Below are positions 55,498 through 64,000 of a stretch of 64,000 bases of DNA, piece by piece. The translations under genes were made by a program, and so were the position numbers. The notes under the pieces are model-generated. The model saw only the letters and a list, made by a program, of their open reading frames with translations. It was not told the DNA's origin and did not search any database. Numbering within the stretch: the stretch's first letter is position 1; each line of letters begins with the position of its first letter. This DNA comes from Actinomycetota bacterium (GTDB taxonomy: Bacteria > Actinomycetota > Acidimicrobiia > Spongiisociales > UBA5794). Location: the NCBI GenBank assembly GCA_034660035.1, contig JAYEIJ010000062.1, forward strand, positions 11,522-75,521. Reading direction: 5' to 3'.

Positions 55498-56556
55498 ATG
55501 CTCGCTCGCATGAGCCCCCAGGTACTGCTCGCCGAACCCCGCGGCTTCTGCGCCGGTGTTGAGATGGCGATCAAGGCGTTGACATGGATGGTCCAGACGT
55601 TCGAGCCTCCGGTCTACTGCTACCACGAGATCGTCCACAACGCTGCGGTCGTCGACGCGTTCGAGCGAGCCGGCGTCGTGTTCGTAGACGATGTTGCCGA
55701 CGTCCCGATCGGCCGACCGGTCATGTTGTCTGCGCACGGCTCTGCACCGGAAGTGGTTGCTTCTGCCGAGGATCGCGCTGCGGTCATGATCGACGCCGTG
55801 TGTCCCCTCGTCACGAAGGTCCATCACGAGATGCGCCGCATCTCTGATCGTGGCTACGACATCATCTACGTCGGCCATGAAGGTCACGACGAAGCGATCG
55901 GAGCGATCGCCGAAGCCCCGAACGCGGCCACGCTGATCGATCCCGTTGAGGGACTTGGTTCCTTCGACCCGATCGATCGCAAGAAGGTGGCGCTCCTTGC
56001 TCAGACCACGCTCGGACTGTACGAGTGGGAAGGCGTCCTGGCCGACGCCAACGCACGCTTCCCCGGACTCGAGACGGCGAGGAAGAGCGACCTCTGCTAC
56101 GCCACCACGAATCGACAGTCGGCGATCCTGCGACTCGCCGAATCGGCATCGGTCATACTCGTCGTTGGCTCCGAGAACTCGTCGAACACACAGGCTCTGG
56201 TCCGGGTCGCCCGGATGGCCGGTGTGCGTGCGCATCGGGTCGACGGTCCCGACGACGTCGACCCCTCGTGGTTCGCGGATGACGACGTCGTCGGAGTGAC
56301 GGCCGGCGCATCGGCCCCCGACCAGCGTGTTCGCGCCGTCATCGAGGCCGTCGCACCGGGTGGCACTGTCGAGATCGTTCGCGTAACCGACGAGGATGAG
56401 TACTTCCCGCTCCCCCCTCGCCTCCGGACGTTCGTCAAGACGATGCAGGCTCTCGTGGAGGGAGCGTTCGCCGCCCCGAACCCGGGAGCCCACGGCCCGA
56501 TAGAAGACGATCGCGGTTGGGATGCGAGCGAGGCCCTCGCGCTGCTTGGGGTCTGA
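55498..56556 (+). CDS. ispH: 4-hydroxy-3-methylbut-2-enyl diphosphate reductase
   Basis: ORF 55234.., ATG 55498 (MLARMSPQVLLAEPRGFCAGVEMAI...). Three conserved Cys (FCAGV, AVCPLV, DLCYATTNRQ) and HEGH. Confidence 0.9.
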   Translation: MLARMSPQVLLAEPRGFCAGVEMAIKALTWMVQTFEPPVYCYHEIVHNAAVVDAFERAGVVFVDDVADVPIGRPVMLSAHGSAPEVVASAEDRAAVMIDAVCPLVTKVHHEMRRISDRGYDIIYVGHEGHDEAIGAIAEAPNAATLIDPVEGLGSFDPIDRKKVALLAQTTLGLYEWEGVLADANARFPGLETARKSDLCYATTNRQSAILRLAESASVILVVGSENSSNTQALVRVARMAGVRAHRVDGPDDVDPSWFADDDVVGVTAGASAPDQRVRAVIEAVAPGGTVEIVRVTDEDEYFPLPPRLRTFVKTMQALVEGAFAAPNPGAHGPIEDDRGWDASEALALLGV

Positions 56557-56615
56557 GTAGCTGAGTAGATCAGTAGATCAGAGAGATTCTTGGCGGCTGC
56601 GGGCTGCGGGCGCCG

Positions 56616-57269
56616 CTACGGATTGCCTGCCTTCTCAACGAGCGCCAATACCCGTTCAACCACTTCGTCGATGCTCAGGTCACTTGTGTCGACGGTCACG
56701 GCGTCTTCCGCCGGTTTCATGGGGGACGCTTTGCGGCTTGAGTCTGTGTGATCTCTCGCTGCCAATTCAGCGGCGATCTGATCCCTGGACTTGTCTGCGG
56801 CTTCGGCGTCGCCGGATCGGCGTGCCGCCCGGATCTCGGGTCGTGCGGTCAGGTAGACCTTCACCGGCGCTTCAGGGAATACCACGGTTCCGATGTCGCG
56901 CCCTTCGACGACGGCCGAGCCGCCACGGTCCTCAACCCACGAGCGCTGCAGGGCAACGATTCGGGAACGGACTTCCGGATGGGTAGCGACAACGCTTGAA
57001 GCTTTCGTCACCTCGTCGGTCCGGAGAGCCTTGGTCACATCGATACCGTCGATGCTGACGACTCCCTCGACGATCCGTATGTCAACAGCGTCGAGCGCTG
57101 CGACTATCCCGTCGCTGTCGTCGAGCGCTGCGCCGCTGCGTAGCGCTGCGAGACCGGCCGCCCGGTAGGTTGATCCGGTGTCGAGGTGAGGTAACCCGAC
57201 GGATAGGGCAACACGGCCGGCGACCGTCGACTTCCCGACACCTCCGGGTCCGTCTACTGCGATGACCAC
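56616..57269 (-). CDS. cmk: cytidylate kinase
   Basis: 217 aa. P-loop IAVDGPGGVGKST and LDTGSTYRA. Confidence 0.9.
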   Translation of the reverse strand: MVIAVDGPGGVGKSTVAGRVALSVGLPHLDTGSTYRAAGLAALRSGAALDDSDGIVAALDAVDIRIVEGVVSIDGIDVTKALRTDEVTKASSVVATHPEVRSRIVALQRSWVEDRGGSAVVEGRDIGTVVFPEAPVKVYLTARPEIRAARRSGDAEAADKSRDQIAAELAARDHTDSSRKASPMKPAEDAVTVDTSDLSIDEVVERVLALVEKAGNP

Positions 57270-58528
57270 ACTGCCTCCAGAGTCTCGTAGAACGTGGGCC
57301 AGGATACGTTCGCTGCGGATGCCCCGAGGATCGTGACCGGACCGTCTGATGCCGTGGCGGCCACGGCGGCCGACATGGCGATCCGGTGATCACCGGCCGC
57401 GTCGACCGTACCCCCGTCGAGGAACCCCGTGCCGATGACCGCGAATCCGTCTTCGGTCGCTTCGGCGCCCCCACCGAGAGCGCGGATCATCCCGGTCGTG
57501 CTTGCGATACGGTCGCTCTCCTTCGCGCGCAGTTCGGTTGCTTCGCGAACGATCGTGATGCCCTCGGCGTACGCCGCGAGAACGGCAACGAGCGGGAGTT
57601 CATCGATCGCTGCAGCCACCGTGTCTCCGAAGACCTCGACGGCCTGCAGTTCCCTTCCCGTGACCGCCACGCTCCCGATCGGATCGCCGTGTATCGATCC
57701 CGTTACGTCACCTTCTACGACGGCACCCATCCGCTCGAGGATGGTCAGGAAGCCGAGCCGGCCGGGATTGAGCGAGATCCCCGGGGTCACGACGTGGGCG
57801 CCTTCTACCAACGCGGCGCTCGCCCACAGGTATGCGGCGCTCGACGGGTCACCCGGGATGTCGTATCTGGCACCGGGAATCCGCCCGGGGACGATCTGCG
57901 TCTTCGTTCCGTCGCCGGCCGTGCCAAGGCCGAACGTCTCCAGCCACCGTTCCGTGTGATCCCGGTATCCGGCCGGACTGTTGATCGACGATGGCCCTTC
58001 CGCCTGGATCGCGGCGAGTTCGAACGCCGTACGAACCTGGGCAGATGCGACGTCGATGCTCACGTCGGCGCCGCGGAGTGAGGCGCCACCCGTCGTGATC
58101 GGCGCCGTGCCATCAGACTGTGTAACGAGTTCAACGCCGAGCGCACCGAGCGGCCCCACGAGTCGGCCCATCGGACGCGACCGCAGTGAGGCGTCGCCGG
58201 TGAGCGTGATCCTGAACGGCGCAGCAGCGAGGCTGCCCGAGAGCAGTCGCATCGTTGTCCCGGAGTTGGCGCAATCGACAGGTCCGAAGGGTTCCGAGAT
58301 GCGTTCTGCCGGCGAGAATCGGTCGCCGGCGCGCTGCAACCCGAGTTGCTCCAGTGCCGCCGCGGTCGTAGCCACATCCCGCCCGGGGGCGAGACCCGTG
58401 ATCTCGCTCTCGTCTTCTGCAAGCGACGCGAACACCAACGCACGGTGCGATAGCGACTTGTCTCCCGGGATCTGAACACCGGTGCGGAACACTCCTCCGG
58501 CCGGCTCAACCTTCCTGGCGTCCTCCAT
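57254..58528 (-). CDS. aroA: 3-phosphoshikimate 1-carboxyvinyltransferase (EPSP synthase)
   Basis: 424 aa. VQIPGDKSLSHRAL, NSGTTMRLL, and a C-terminal RIAMS-type motif. Confidence 0.9.
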   Translation of the reverse strand: MEDARKVEPAGGVFRTGVQIPGDKSLSHRALVFASLAEDESEITGLAPGRDVATTAAALEQLGLQRAGDRFSPAERISEPFGPVDCANSGTTMRLLSGSLAAAPFRITLTGDASLRSRPMGRLVGPLGALGVELVTQSDGTAPITTGGASLRGADVSIDVASAQVRTAFELAAIQAEGPSSINSPAGYRDHTERWLETFGLGTAGDGTKTQIVPGRIPGARYDIPGDPSSAAYLWASAALVEGAHVVTPGISLNPGRLGFLTILERMGAVVEGDVTGSIHGDPIGSVAVTGRELQAVEVFGDTVAAAIDELPLVAVLAAYAEGITIVREATELRAKESDRIASTTGMIRALGGGAEATEDGFAVIGTGFLDGGTVDAAGDHRIAMSAAVAATASDGPVTILGASAANVSWPTFYETLEAVWSSQ

Positions 58529-59186
58529 CGGGCACCTCCTCCCCCGCCTGGTACAAGGCCCGAACCTCTTCGATCGTGAGCGGGCGACACTGGCCCGGAG
58601 ACAGGGATCCGTCCCTCAGCGGACCGATCGACGTGCGGACCAGTCGTTGGACCGGGTGGTCGACGGCGTCGAACAACCGTCGAACGATCCGCTTCCGCCC
58701 TTCGCCCATGGTCATCTCGACCAACGAGGTGCCGGCGGATCGATCGATGACGCGGGCCGACACCGCCGCGGCCGGGCCGTCGTCAAGTTCCACGCCGCTC
58801 GTGAGCCGGCGGATCGTCGCCGGTTCCACGACACCGCTAACCAGAACCACATAGGTCTTGTGCACACCGAATCGCGGATGGGTCACCCTGAGGGTGAGGT
58901 CTCCGTCGTTGGTGAGGAGCATGAGTCCCTCAGAGTCGGCATCGAGGCGCCCCGCCGGGTAGACCCGGGGCCCGTCGGGTGCCAGATCGACGACCGTCGG
59001 TCTTCCCTGCGGATCGTTTGCGGTGCTGACCGTCCCCACCGGTTTGTAGACGGCGTAGTAGGCCAGATCCGGAGCGATCGGAAGCGGTACGCCGTCGATC
59101 TCAACCCGGGCGATCGTCGGATCGACCTTCTGCCCGAGATGCGCCGGTTCACCGTCGACCGTGACTCGGCCTTTTCCGATCAGCAC
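58506..59186 (-). CDS. rluB: 23S rRNA pseudouridine synthase RluB-like (RsuA/RluB family); true N-terminus extends upstream
   Basis: Track ORF starts at a GTG. Motifs YVVLYKP-like (YAVYKPVGTVST), GRLDADSEGLMLLTNDG, and KTYV. The same frame stays open to ~59276 and encodes the S4 motif ERLQKLIGRSGFVSRRHAEVLIGKGRV, with no ATG/GTG/TTG. Confidence 0.8.
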   Translation of the reverse strand: MLIGKGRVTVDGEPAHLGQKVDPTIARVEIDGVPLPIAPDLAYYAVYKPVGTVSTANDPQGRPTVVDLAPDGPRVYPAGRLDADSEGLMLLTNDGDLTLRVTHPRFGVHKTYVVLVSGVVEPATIRRLTSGVELDDGPAAAVSARVIDRSAGTSLVEMTMGEGRKRIVRRLFDAVDHPVQRLVRTSIGPLRDGSLSPGQCRPLTIEEVRALYQAGEEVPDGGRQEG

Positions 59187-59224
59187 TTCGGCGTGACGGC
59201 GTGAGACGAAGCCGGATCGGCCTA

Positions 59225-59803
59225 TCAGCTTCTGGAGTCGTTCGATGATCCCTCCGGTCGGAAGGGCCGTTCGAGTGTTTCAACGATCTCGGCGGGCGGC
59301 ACGTGGTCGGCCAGCGGCGGCAGGTCCCCTGGGCTGTTGACCCCGAGTTTTTCGAGGAACAGTTCGGTTGTCCCGTACAGGAGCGCCTGTCCCGGCCCCG
59401 GAGCGGTGCCGATCTCCCGAACGAGCCCCCTCCGTTCGAGGGTATGAAGTGCACGTTCGGAGTCGACGCCCCGAACCTCGGCGATCTGACCACGTGACAC
59501 GGGCTGCTTATAGGCAACGACAGCGAGTGTCTCGAGCGCCGCGTTCGAGAGCCGCGTTGCTCGCTCCGATGCGGCGAAGCGCTCAACATACGGCAGCATC
59601 TCCGGTGCGGTGTAGAGACGCCATCCACCCGCAAGGCGGCGCAGGACGAAGCCGCCCTGCCGGTCGGTCAACTCCTGCTCGATATCTTCGAGCATCGAAT
59701 CGACGTCCGTGAGCGGAGCTTCGACCACTTCGGCGAGTTCCTGTGAAGTGATCGGTGTCTCCGCCACGAACAGGATCGCCTCGAGGGCACTGCGGATCTC
59801 CAT
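59225..59803 (-). CDS. scpB: segregation and condensation protein B
   Basis: 192 aa. LEAILFVAETPIT N-terminus and two winged-helix repeats. Confidence 0.85.
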   Translation of the reverse strand: MEIRSALEAILFVAETPITSQELAEVVEAPLTDVDSMLEDIEQELTDRQGGFVLRRLAGGWRLYTAPEMLPYVERFAASERATRLSNAALETLAVVAYKQPVSRGQIAEVRGVDSERALHTLERRGLVREIGTAPGPGQALLYGTTELFLEKLGVNSPGDLPPLADHVPPAEIVETLERPFRPEGSSNDSRS

Positions 59804-60576
59804 CAGAGGGGTTCCTCTCCATTGAGCAGCGCCTCGAGCCGTTCGGCCGCCACCGCTTCGCTGTATCCGATCATGATCGGCGACTGCCGATCATCTTGTG
59901 AGACTCTCAGGATCCCCCAGCGGGCGAGCTCAAGTAGCCCGAGGAAGTACGCAACGACCTCGACCGAACGCGAGCAGTGAGCGACCACGGATTCGAAATC
60001 GGTCTCGACCGCAGCCGCCATACGATCCTGGAGATCGAGCATCGCTTCTTGCACGGACGGCAGTTCCAGGTCCAGGTGGTCCACGTCCACCGTGTCATCT
60101 TCATCGGCGAAGACCCGTTCGGCGATCGCGGCCAACCCTGCGGCGTCGACTGGAAGCACGAACGAGGGAGGCGGAGGTGTCACGTCCTCCAGACCGACCG
60201 ATCTGGCGACGTACCGCTCGTTCGCTGCGATCCGGTGGGCGAACACGGCGGCCACGTCCTTGAACGTCAGATTCATGAGAAGGCGTGACAGCAGGCGATC
60301 GCGCTCTTCAGCGAGCGCCAGTTCCTCATCGAGGTCGATCTCCCGATCGTCGGGGAGCAGGTGTCGGGCTTTCAGTTGGATGAGCGTCGATGCGATCAGC
60401 AGGAACTCGCTCGTGACGGTGAGGTCCATCTCGCTCATCACATCGAGGTACCCGACGTACTCGGTGACGAGGTCGGAAAGGCTCAGTTCGGTGATCTGCA
60501 CCTGATGGGATGTGATCAGTTGGAGCAGCAGATCCAACGGTCCTTCGAAGACCCGGGTCTTGACCTCATACGTCAT
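59803..60576 (-). CDS. scpA: segregation and condensation protein A
   Basis: ORF 59803..60654, trimmed to ATG 60576 (MTYEVKTRVFEGPLDLLLQLI...). Kleisin N-terminal motif. Confidence 0.85.
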   Translation of the reverse strand: MTYEVKTRVFEGPLDLLLQLITSHQVQITELSLSDLVTEYVGYLDVMSEMDLTVTSEFLLIASTLIQLKARHLLPDDREIDLDEELALAEERDRLLSRLLMNLTFKDVAAVFAHRIAANERYVARSVGLEDVTPPPPSFVLPVDAAGLAAIAERVFADEDDTVDVDHLDLELPSVQEAMLDLQDRMAAAVETDFESVVAHCSRSVEVVAYFLGLLELARWGILRVSQDDRQSPIMIGYSEAVAAERLEALLNGEEPL

Positions 60577-60623
60577 GGCTGATGATGGTATCGCCGGAAT
60601 GCTCGGAGCACGAGGAACGGCGG

Positions 60624-61127
60624 TCATCCGTCCGCATCGGCCAGCACTTTCCATCGCTCTCTGTCCACACCGGGTGGCACCGGACCCGGGTGACTTCGTG
60701 CGAACGAGACGGCCAGGTCGCCGCAGCCTGCCTCTTCGATGTCGATCGCACCGCGCCGTCCGTGATCGCGGTAGATGCGCATGCGGGTGGTCATCGGCAT
60801 CCGGATGGCATCGAGAACCGTCGCGATCGATCGGGAGATGGCGCCGATGTCCGTTCGCCGCTTGCCGACGTCATGTAGAAGGGCTGCCTCTACCGCTCCC
60901 GTGTCATCGGGAAGGACGGCGTGAACACGGCGAGCAACGTCGACGGCGTGCCTCTGATCGGGGAAGCTCTGGGACCAGAACAGCTGGGCACACGGAGCGT
61001 CGAGGTGGTCGTGCACGAAGCGCTGGTCTTCGGGACCCGGGGGCTCTGCGTGCAGATGTCCGAAGAAGCGCCCAACGAGGTGACCGGCCTTGTCAAAGCG
61101 GGTCGTCACGAGGCTGCTTTTTTGCAC
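60624..61127 (-). CDS. HD-domain protein
   Basis: 167 aa. H...HD motif (LLHDVGK). Small metal-dependent phosphohydrolase fold. Confidence 0.55.
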   Translation of the reverse strand: MQKSSLVTTRFDKAGHLVGRFFGHLHAEPPGPEDQRFVHDHLDAPCAQLFWSQSFPDQRHAVDVARRVHAVLPDDTGAVEAALLHDVGKRRTDIGAISRSIATVLDAIRMPMTTRMRIYRDHGRRGAIDIEEAGCGDLAVSFARSHPGPVPPGVDRERWKVLADADG

Positions 61128-61471
61128 CTCACGCAGCGCCTCACGGCGGGAAGGTACTGGATGCGATCCGTGCCGATCTGTTCGCCGCAGGTTTCGCAGA
61201 TCCCGTACCTGCCGTCGGCGATCTTGCCCAGCGCAACGTTGGCACGGTCGAGCCGAATCTTGAGCGTTTCGGCAAGGCGGAGGACTTCGGTTCGCTCTGC
61301 GGTGACCGCTCCGGCGTCGGCGAAAGCATCGCCGTAGTCGACGGTGCCGTTGAGCTGTCCGGATTCATCCGCTCCGATTTCGTCGAGTTGACGCAAGACC
61401 TTGGTGCGTTCCTCGATGAGGAGCACTTCGGCAGCTGCGGTGTCGATCGTCTCGGTCATTGGGGAACTCAT
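61106..61471 (-). CDS. TraR/DksA-family C4-type zinc-finger protein
   Basis: 121 aa. Coiled-coil N-terminus and a C-terminal CETCGEQI...CVRCK (CxxC-x17-CxxC) motif. Confidence 0.7.
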   Translation of the reverse strand: MSSPMTETIDTAAAEVLLIEERTKVLRQLDEIGADESGQLNGTVDYGDAFADAGAVTAERTEVLRLAETLKIRLDRANVALGKIADGRYGICETCGEQIGTDRIQYLPAVRRCVRCKKAAS

Positions 61472-61485
61472 CCTCCTCTGCGTCC

Positions 61486-62367
61486 CTACCGGGCGCGTGG
61501 GTGCGCCGTAACGTACACCTCGTAGAGGTGCTCGGGGGACACAAGCGTGTAAACCTGTGTGGTGCTGATACTAGCGTGACCGAGCATTTCTTGGACGGTT
61601 CTTAGGTCCGCTCCCCCTTCGACCATGTGGGTTGCCGCTGAATGACGGAGAACGTGCGGGGAAAGAGCAGCGTCTTCGATACCGGCGCGTCGACCGTTTC
61701 GCTTCACGATGTCCCACATCCCCTGGCGCGTCAGCGACGTTCCCCTGGCGTTGACGAACAGGACATCACTCCGTTCCCTCTCACTGAGAAGCTCCAGTCG
61801 GACGGGGAGGTACGTCTCGATCGCGGCCCTCGCGTGGCGCCCGAGGGGTACGAGGCGTTGCCTGTCCCCCTTGCCCGTCACGATCACGGTCCCGGATTCG
61901 AGATCCAGATCCGTGAGACCCACCGTGACCGCCTCTGTGACGCGCGCCCCGGTCGCGTAGAGGAACTCGAGGATCGCCACATCGCGAAGACCGAGCGGTG
62001 TCGATCGATCGGGCGCATCGAGCAGATCCTCTATCAGGTCGATCGTGAGGGCCTTCGGAAGGTTGCGCGACCTCCGGGGTGCTTCGATCAGGACCGTCGG
62101 ATCCTCGGTCACGCGACCTTCGACGACGAGGAACCGGTGATAGCCACGCACTGCCGCGAGTTTCCGCGCGCGTGTCGATCGCGCCAGGCCGCGGTGCGCC
62201 AGATCCGCTACGAATCCCCCGACGTCACCGGATGAACCCTCATCATCGAGGAATCCGAAGTAGTCGCGAAGGTCGCGCCGGTATGCGGCCACCGTGTTCG
62301 ATGAGAGGCCACGCTCGGACCGCAGCGCACCCAGGAATTCCTCTGCGTCGGCCGGTAGCGGACTCAT
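61486..62367 (-). CDS. xerD: site-specific tyrosine recombinase XerD
   Basis: ORF 61486..62544, trimmed to ATG 62367 (MSPLPADAEEFLGALRSERGLS...). Catalytic R...HxLRHSxATH...LGHASISTTQVY. Position downstream of pyrG-nudix as in other actinobacteria. Confidence 0.85.
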   Translation of the reverse strand: MSPLPADAEEFLGALRSERGLSSNTVAAYRRDLRDYFGFLDDEGSSGDVGGFVADLAHRGLARSTRARKLAAVRGYHRFLVVEGRVTEDPTVLIEAPRRSRNLPKALTIDLIEDLLDAPDRSTPLGLRDVAILEFLYATGARVTEAVTVGLTDLDLESGTVIVTGKGDRQRLVPLGRHARAAIETYLPVRLELLSERERSDVLFVNARGTSLTRQGMWDIVKRNGRRAGIEDAALSPHVLRHSAATHMVEGGADLRTVQEMLGHASISTTQVYTLVSPEHLYEVYVTAHPRAR

Positions 62368-62894
62368 CGCCCCGCGACGAGGAGAAGCCCTGCCACGGTC
62401 TTGGCATCGGTGATCACACCGGAACGGACTTGCTCGACGGCTTCGTCGAGGGGTATCCGGACGACGCGAGCGTGATGCTCCTCCGCCCCCATAGGCCGCA
62501 TCGCTACCGCTATGAGGTCGGTCGCGAGGTAGATCGTGATGCATTCATCGCTGAATCCCGGAGTTGTGAGGAGATCGATCAGATGCTCCAGGTTCCCCGG
62601 AGTGAAACCGATCTCTTCCTCGAGTTCGCGCTCGGCCGTATGCCGTCGATCCTCGCCGGGGATGTCCAGTTTTCCGGCCGGGATCTCCAGGAGCGGTCGA
62701 CCGACGGCAGCACGGTGCTGCTCGATCATGATCACGTCGTCACCGACGATCGGTACAACGGCTACGGCCCCGGGATGAACGACAACGACCCTCTTGATCG
62801 GATTGCCGTCCGGTGTCGTAACGGTGGCCCGGTCGAGTCTCAGGAACGCCTCTTCGGCGATCGTCCTCGACCCCAGGGTCCGGAAGCCGCTCAT
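62364..62894 (-). CDS. NUDIX hydrolase (ADP-ribose pyrophosphatase-like)
   Basis: 176 aa. Nudix box GKLDIPGEDRRHTAERELEEEIG. Confidence 0.85.
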   Translation of the reverse strand: MSGFRTLGSRTIAEEAFLRLDRATVTTPDGNPIKRVVVVHPGAVAVVPIVGDDVIMIEQHRAAVGRPLLEIPAGKLDIPGEDRRHTAERELEEEIGFTPGNLEHLIDLLTTPGFSDECITIYLATDLIAVAMRPMGAEEHHARVVRIPLDEAVEQVRSGVITDAKTVAGLLLVAGR

Positions 62895-62895
62895 A

Positions 62896-64000
62896 TCAAC
62901 GATTCGTGACGATCGGGGCCCCGGAGACCGCCGACTCGGAGGCCATATGGGTCCGGCGGCGCTCGAGGGCCGCAGCGACGAAGCCCATGAACAGGGGATG
63001 CGGATCGTCGGGTCGCGACTTGAACTCCGGGTGGAACTGCGACGCGATGAAGAACGGATGCGACGGCAGTTCGATGATCTCGACCAAACGATCGTCGGGA
63101 GACAGACCTGAGAAGACGAGTCCGTTGGCCTCTAGATCGGCCCGATAGCGGTTGTTGACCTCCCACCGGTGTCGATGTCGCTCGTAGATCACCGGCTCCC
63201 CGTAGAGATCTTCCGTCAGCGTGCCGGCCGTCAGCTTCGCCGGGTAGATGCCGAGGCGCATCGTCCCGCCGAGATCCTCGACGTCCGCCTGGTCCTCCAT
63301 CAGATCGATCACAGGATGCCGCGTCGTTGGGTCGAACTCCGAGCTGTGCGCGCCTGCGAGGCCCAGCACGTTCCGCGAGTACTCGACGACCGCGCATTGC
63401 AGGCCGAGGCAGAGTCCCAGGAACGGCACGCCGTTCTCGCGGGCATGACGGATCGCTTCGATCTTGCCCTCGATACCGCGGATGCCGAATCCCCCCGGCA
63501 CGAGGATCCCGTCGAGACCGTCCAGATGTGTCGACGCTAGGAGACCCTCGATCTCCTCTGCCGGAATCCACCGGATCTCGACATCAGCACCGTTCGCCGC
63601 GGCCGAGTGGCGAAGAGACTCAACGACCGACAGATACGCATCGGGAAGCTCAACGTACTTGCCGACGAGACCGATGGTTACCGGTTCGGTCGCGCTCTGC
63701 ATGCGGTCCACCATCGCGCGCCACGCTTCGAGGTCCGGTGCTTCCGTCTCGAGCCCGAGTTCGCGACAGACCACCGAGTCGAGGCCGGCCTCGTTGAGGG
63801 CCAACGGAACGCCGTAGATATTCGGGACATCGACCACGCTGATCACCGCATCGGGTTCAACATCGCAGAAGAGACTGATCTTGCGCCGGGCCGAGTCATC
63901 GATCGACCGATCCGATCGAACGACGATCACCTCAGGGAGGATGCCGTGTGAACGCAGTTCGGCAACGCTGTGCTGCGTCGGCTTGGTCTTCAGTTCGTCA
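62896..64000 (-). CDS. pyrG: CTP synthase (C-terminal glutamine amidotransferase domain; 5' end beyond window)
   Basis: GATase catalytic triad region (GLCLGLQ, HRHRWEVN, HPEF). The frame stays open to the window edge and encodes LKTKPTQHSVAELRSHGILPEVIVVRSD of the synthetase domain. Confidence 0.9.
   Translation of the reverse strand, partial: DELKTKPTQHSVAELRSHGILPEVIVVRSDRSIDDSARRKISLFCDVEPDAVISVVDVPNIYGVPLALNEAGLDSVVCRELGLETEAPDLEAWRAMVDRMQSATEPVTIGLVGKYVELPDAYLSVVESLRHSAAANGADVEIRWIPAEEIEGLLASTHLDGLDGILVPGGFGIRGIEGKIEAIRHARENGVPFLGLCLGLQCAVVEYSRNVLGLAGAHSSEFDPTTRHPVIDLMEDQADVEDLGGTMRLGIYPAKLTAGTLTEDLYGEPVIYERHRHRWEVNNRYRADLEANGLVFSGLSPDDRLVEIIELPSHPFFIASQFHPEFKSRPDDPHPLFMGFVAAALERRRTHMASESAVSGAPIVTNR

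Noticed and set aside
56557-56615. GAGTAG/CAGTAGAT short direct repeats after ispH, resembling TCTGAGTAGC after the acyl-CoA dehydrogenase stop (17818-17835)
   Set aside because: Very short. Both start at stop codons (TGA GTAG). Most likely a stop-codon context plus a GC-rich convergent terminator (GCGGCTGCGGGCTGCGGGCGCCGC), not a mobile repeat.
1-64000. CRISPR arrays, rRNA, tmRNA, RNase P, SRP RNA
   Set aside because: No regularly spaced direct repeats of 24-40 bp were seen. No intergenic region is long enough or shows the conserved motifs of these RNAs. Only one tRNA was found by manual cloverleaf inspection.

Overview
High-GC (~65-68%) actinobacterial chromosomal segment, with gene content and synteny typical of Actinobacteria (garA-ftsR-bfn-merR, pgsA-gcvH, pyrG-nudix-xerD...scpA-scpB-rluB-cmk...der, F420-type Ddn, P450). 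Coding density is high, with about 75 protein genes, and one tRNA-Pro(GGG). No rRNA or CRISPR was seen. Core features are housekeeping genes: Trk K+ uptake, Der, IspH, AroA, Cmk, ScpAB, XerD, PyrG (partial), HPRT, GcvH, acyl-CoA dehydrogenases, and AccD-type carboxyltransferase. The most unusual content is as follows. (i) A respiratory-looking module on the minus strand: a membrane-anchored octaheme c-type cytochrome (8 CXXCH), translationally coupled to a b-type cytochrome, next to a TDT (TehA/Ssu1)-family transporter. This is rare for a monoderm actinobacterium. (ii) Two copies in opposite orientation of a ~160-180 bp structured intergenic repeat built around GTAGTACG/CGTACTAC units, including a perfect 14-bp palindrome. 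(iii) A probable decayed integrative island next to tRNA-Pro, with a truncated tyrosine-integrase fragment, flanked by similar hairpins. (iv) A 192-aa hyper-acidic protein with seven DxDGDGxPD calcium-binding-type repeats. (v) Several small unannotated ORFs: DUF1918, a 38-aa lysine-rich peptide behind a perfect 19-bp hairpin, and small membrane peptides translationally coupled to neighbours. (vi) An rluB whose S4 domain has no canonical start codon and overlaps scpB. Coordinates for features not taken from the ORF track (tRNA, hairpins, small ORFs, repeats) were counted by eye and may be off by 1-2 nt. Functional calls are from motif-level recognition of the translated sequence only; no database searches were run.
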